Shown here: piece by piece, positions 36,658 through 36,941 of the stretch
Layout of the letters: each line of letters starts with the position of its first letter
Position numbering within the stretch: the first letter of the stretch is position 1
The notes under the pieces: generated by a model
Database searches by the model: none
Seen by the model: the letters and a program-made list of their open reading frames with translations, nothing else
What the model was told of the DNA's origin: nothing
Made by a program: the position numbers and the translations under genes
Origin: Sphingopyxis sp.
GTDB taxonomy: Bacteria > Pseudomonadota > Alphaproteobacteria > Sphingomonadales > Sphingomonadaceae
Direction of reading: 5' to 3'
Assembly (NCBI GenBank): GCA_036846445.1
Contig: DAIUBZ010000001.1
Location: 1 to 36,941, forward strand
Length of the DNA stretch: 36,941 nt

Positions 36658-36941
36658 ATGGCGGCACCTGTCGTCTCGATGCAGCATCTGATCGAAGCCG
36701 GGGCCCATTTCGGCCACCAGACCCACCGTTGGAACCCGCGCATGAAGCCATATATTTTTGGCTCGCGCAACGGCATCCACATTCTTGACCTGTCCCAGAC
36801 CGTGCCGCTGTTTGCCCGGGCGCTGGAGTTTGTCGCCGACTCGGCGGCGCGCGGCGGCAAGGTGTTGTTTGTTGGCACCAAGCGCCAGGCGCAAGGTCCG
36901 GTGGCCGATGCGGCCCGGGCGTCGGGCCAGCATTTTGTGAA
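36658..36941 (+). CDS. rpsB: 30S ribosomal protein S2 (5' part; runs off the window edge)
   Basis: Not in the ORF track. Manual translation gives [63 protein letters not shown] upstream. Confidence 0.97.
   Translation, partial: MAAPVVSMQHLIEAGAHFGHQTHRWNPRMKPYIFGSRNGIHILDLSQTVPLFARALEFVADSAARGGKVLFVGTKRQAQGPVADAARASGQHFV

Noticed and set aside
1..36941. Mobile elements, prophage, tRNA/rRNA, defence systems
   Set aside because: No integrase, transposase, phage, nuclease or structural RNA signature was seen. Composition is uniform apart from short AT-rich promoter regions.

Overview
High-GC alphaproteobacterial chromosome segment. Gene content and order look like Sphingomonadales, which is an inference and was not searched. 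From left to right: the 5' part of a DEAD-box helicase with a long structured leader; a persulfide/sulfide-detoxification module (TauE-like exporter, YgaP-like rhodanese and BigR/SqrR-like ArsR repressor, with a divergent persulfide dioxygenase); a LexA-boxed imuA-imuB-dnaE2 mutagenesis cassette; an AppA-like BLUF + B12/heme-binding (SCHIC-like) photoreceptor with a perfect PpsR/CrtJ palindrome in its promoter; ptsP, a lipoprotein, a nitronate monooxygenase-like gene, lysC, ubiG, fzlA, gltB, a DUF2059-like gene, gltD, uppP, an RND efflux pair, tyrS, a PilZ protein, a Kef-type antiporter, icd, psd, pssA and the start of rpsB. I found no tRNA, rRNA, CRISPR array or mobile element. The most interesting observations are (1) an 83-aa single-TM ORF divergent from rpsB, with no family I recognise, behind a perfect LexA box, which is a candidate SOS-induced membrane effector or division inhibitor; (2) the PpsR-boxed AppA-like gene outside any photosynthesis cluster, suggesting a light-sensing feedback loop; and (3) a nested internal start in lysC that predicts an alpha2beta2 aspartate kinase. 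All calls come from reading the sequence by eye. No database search was run.
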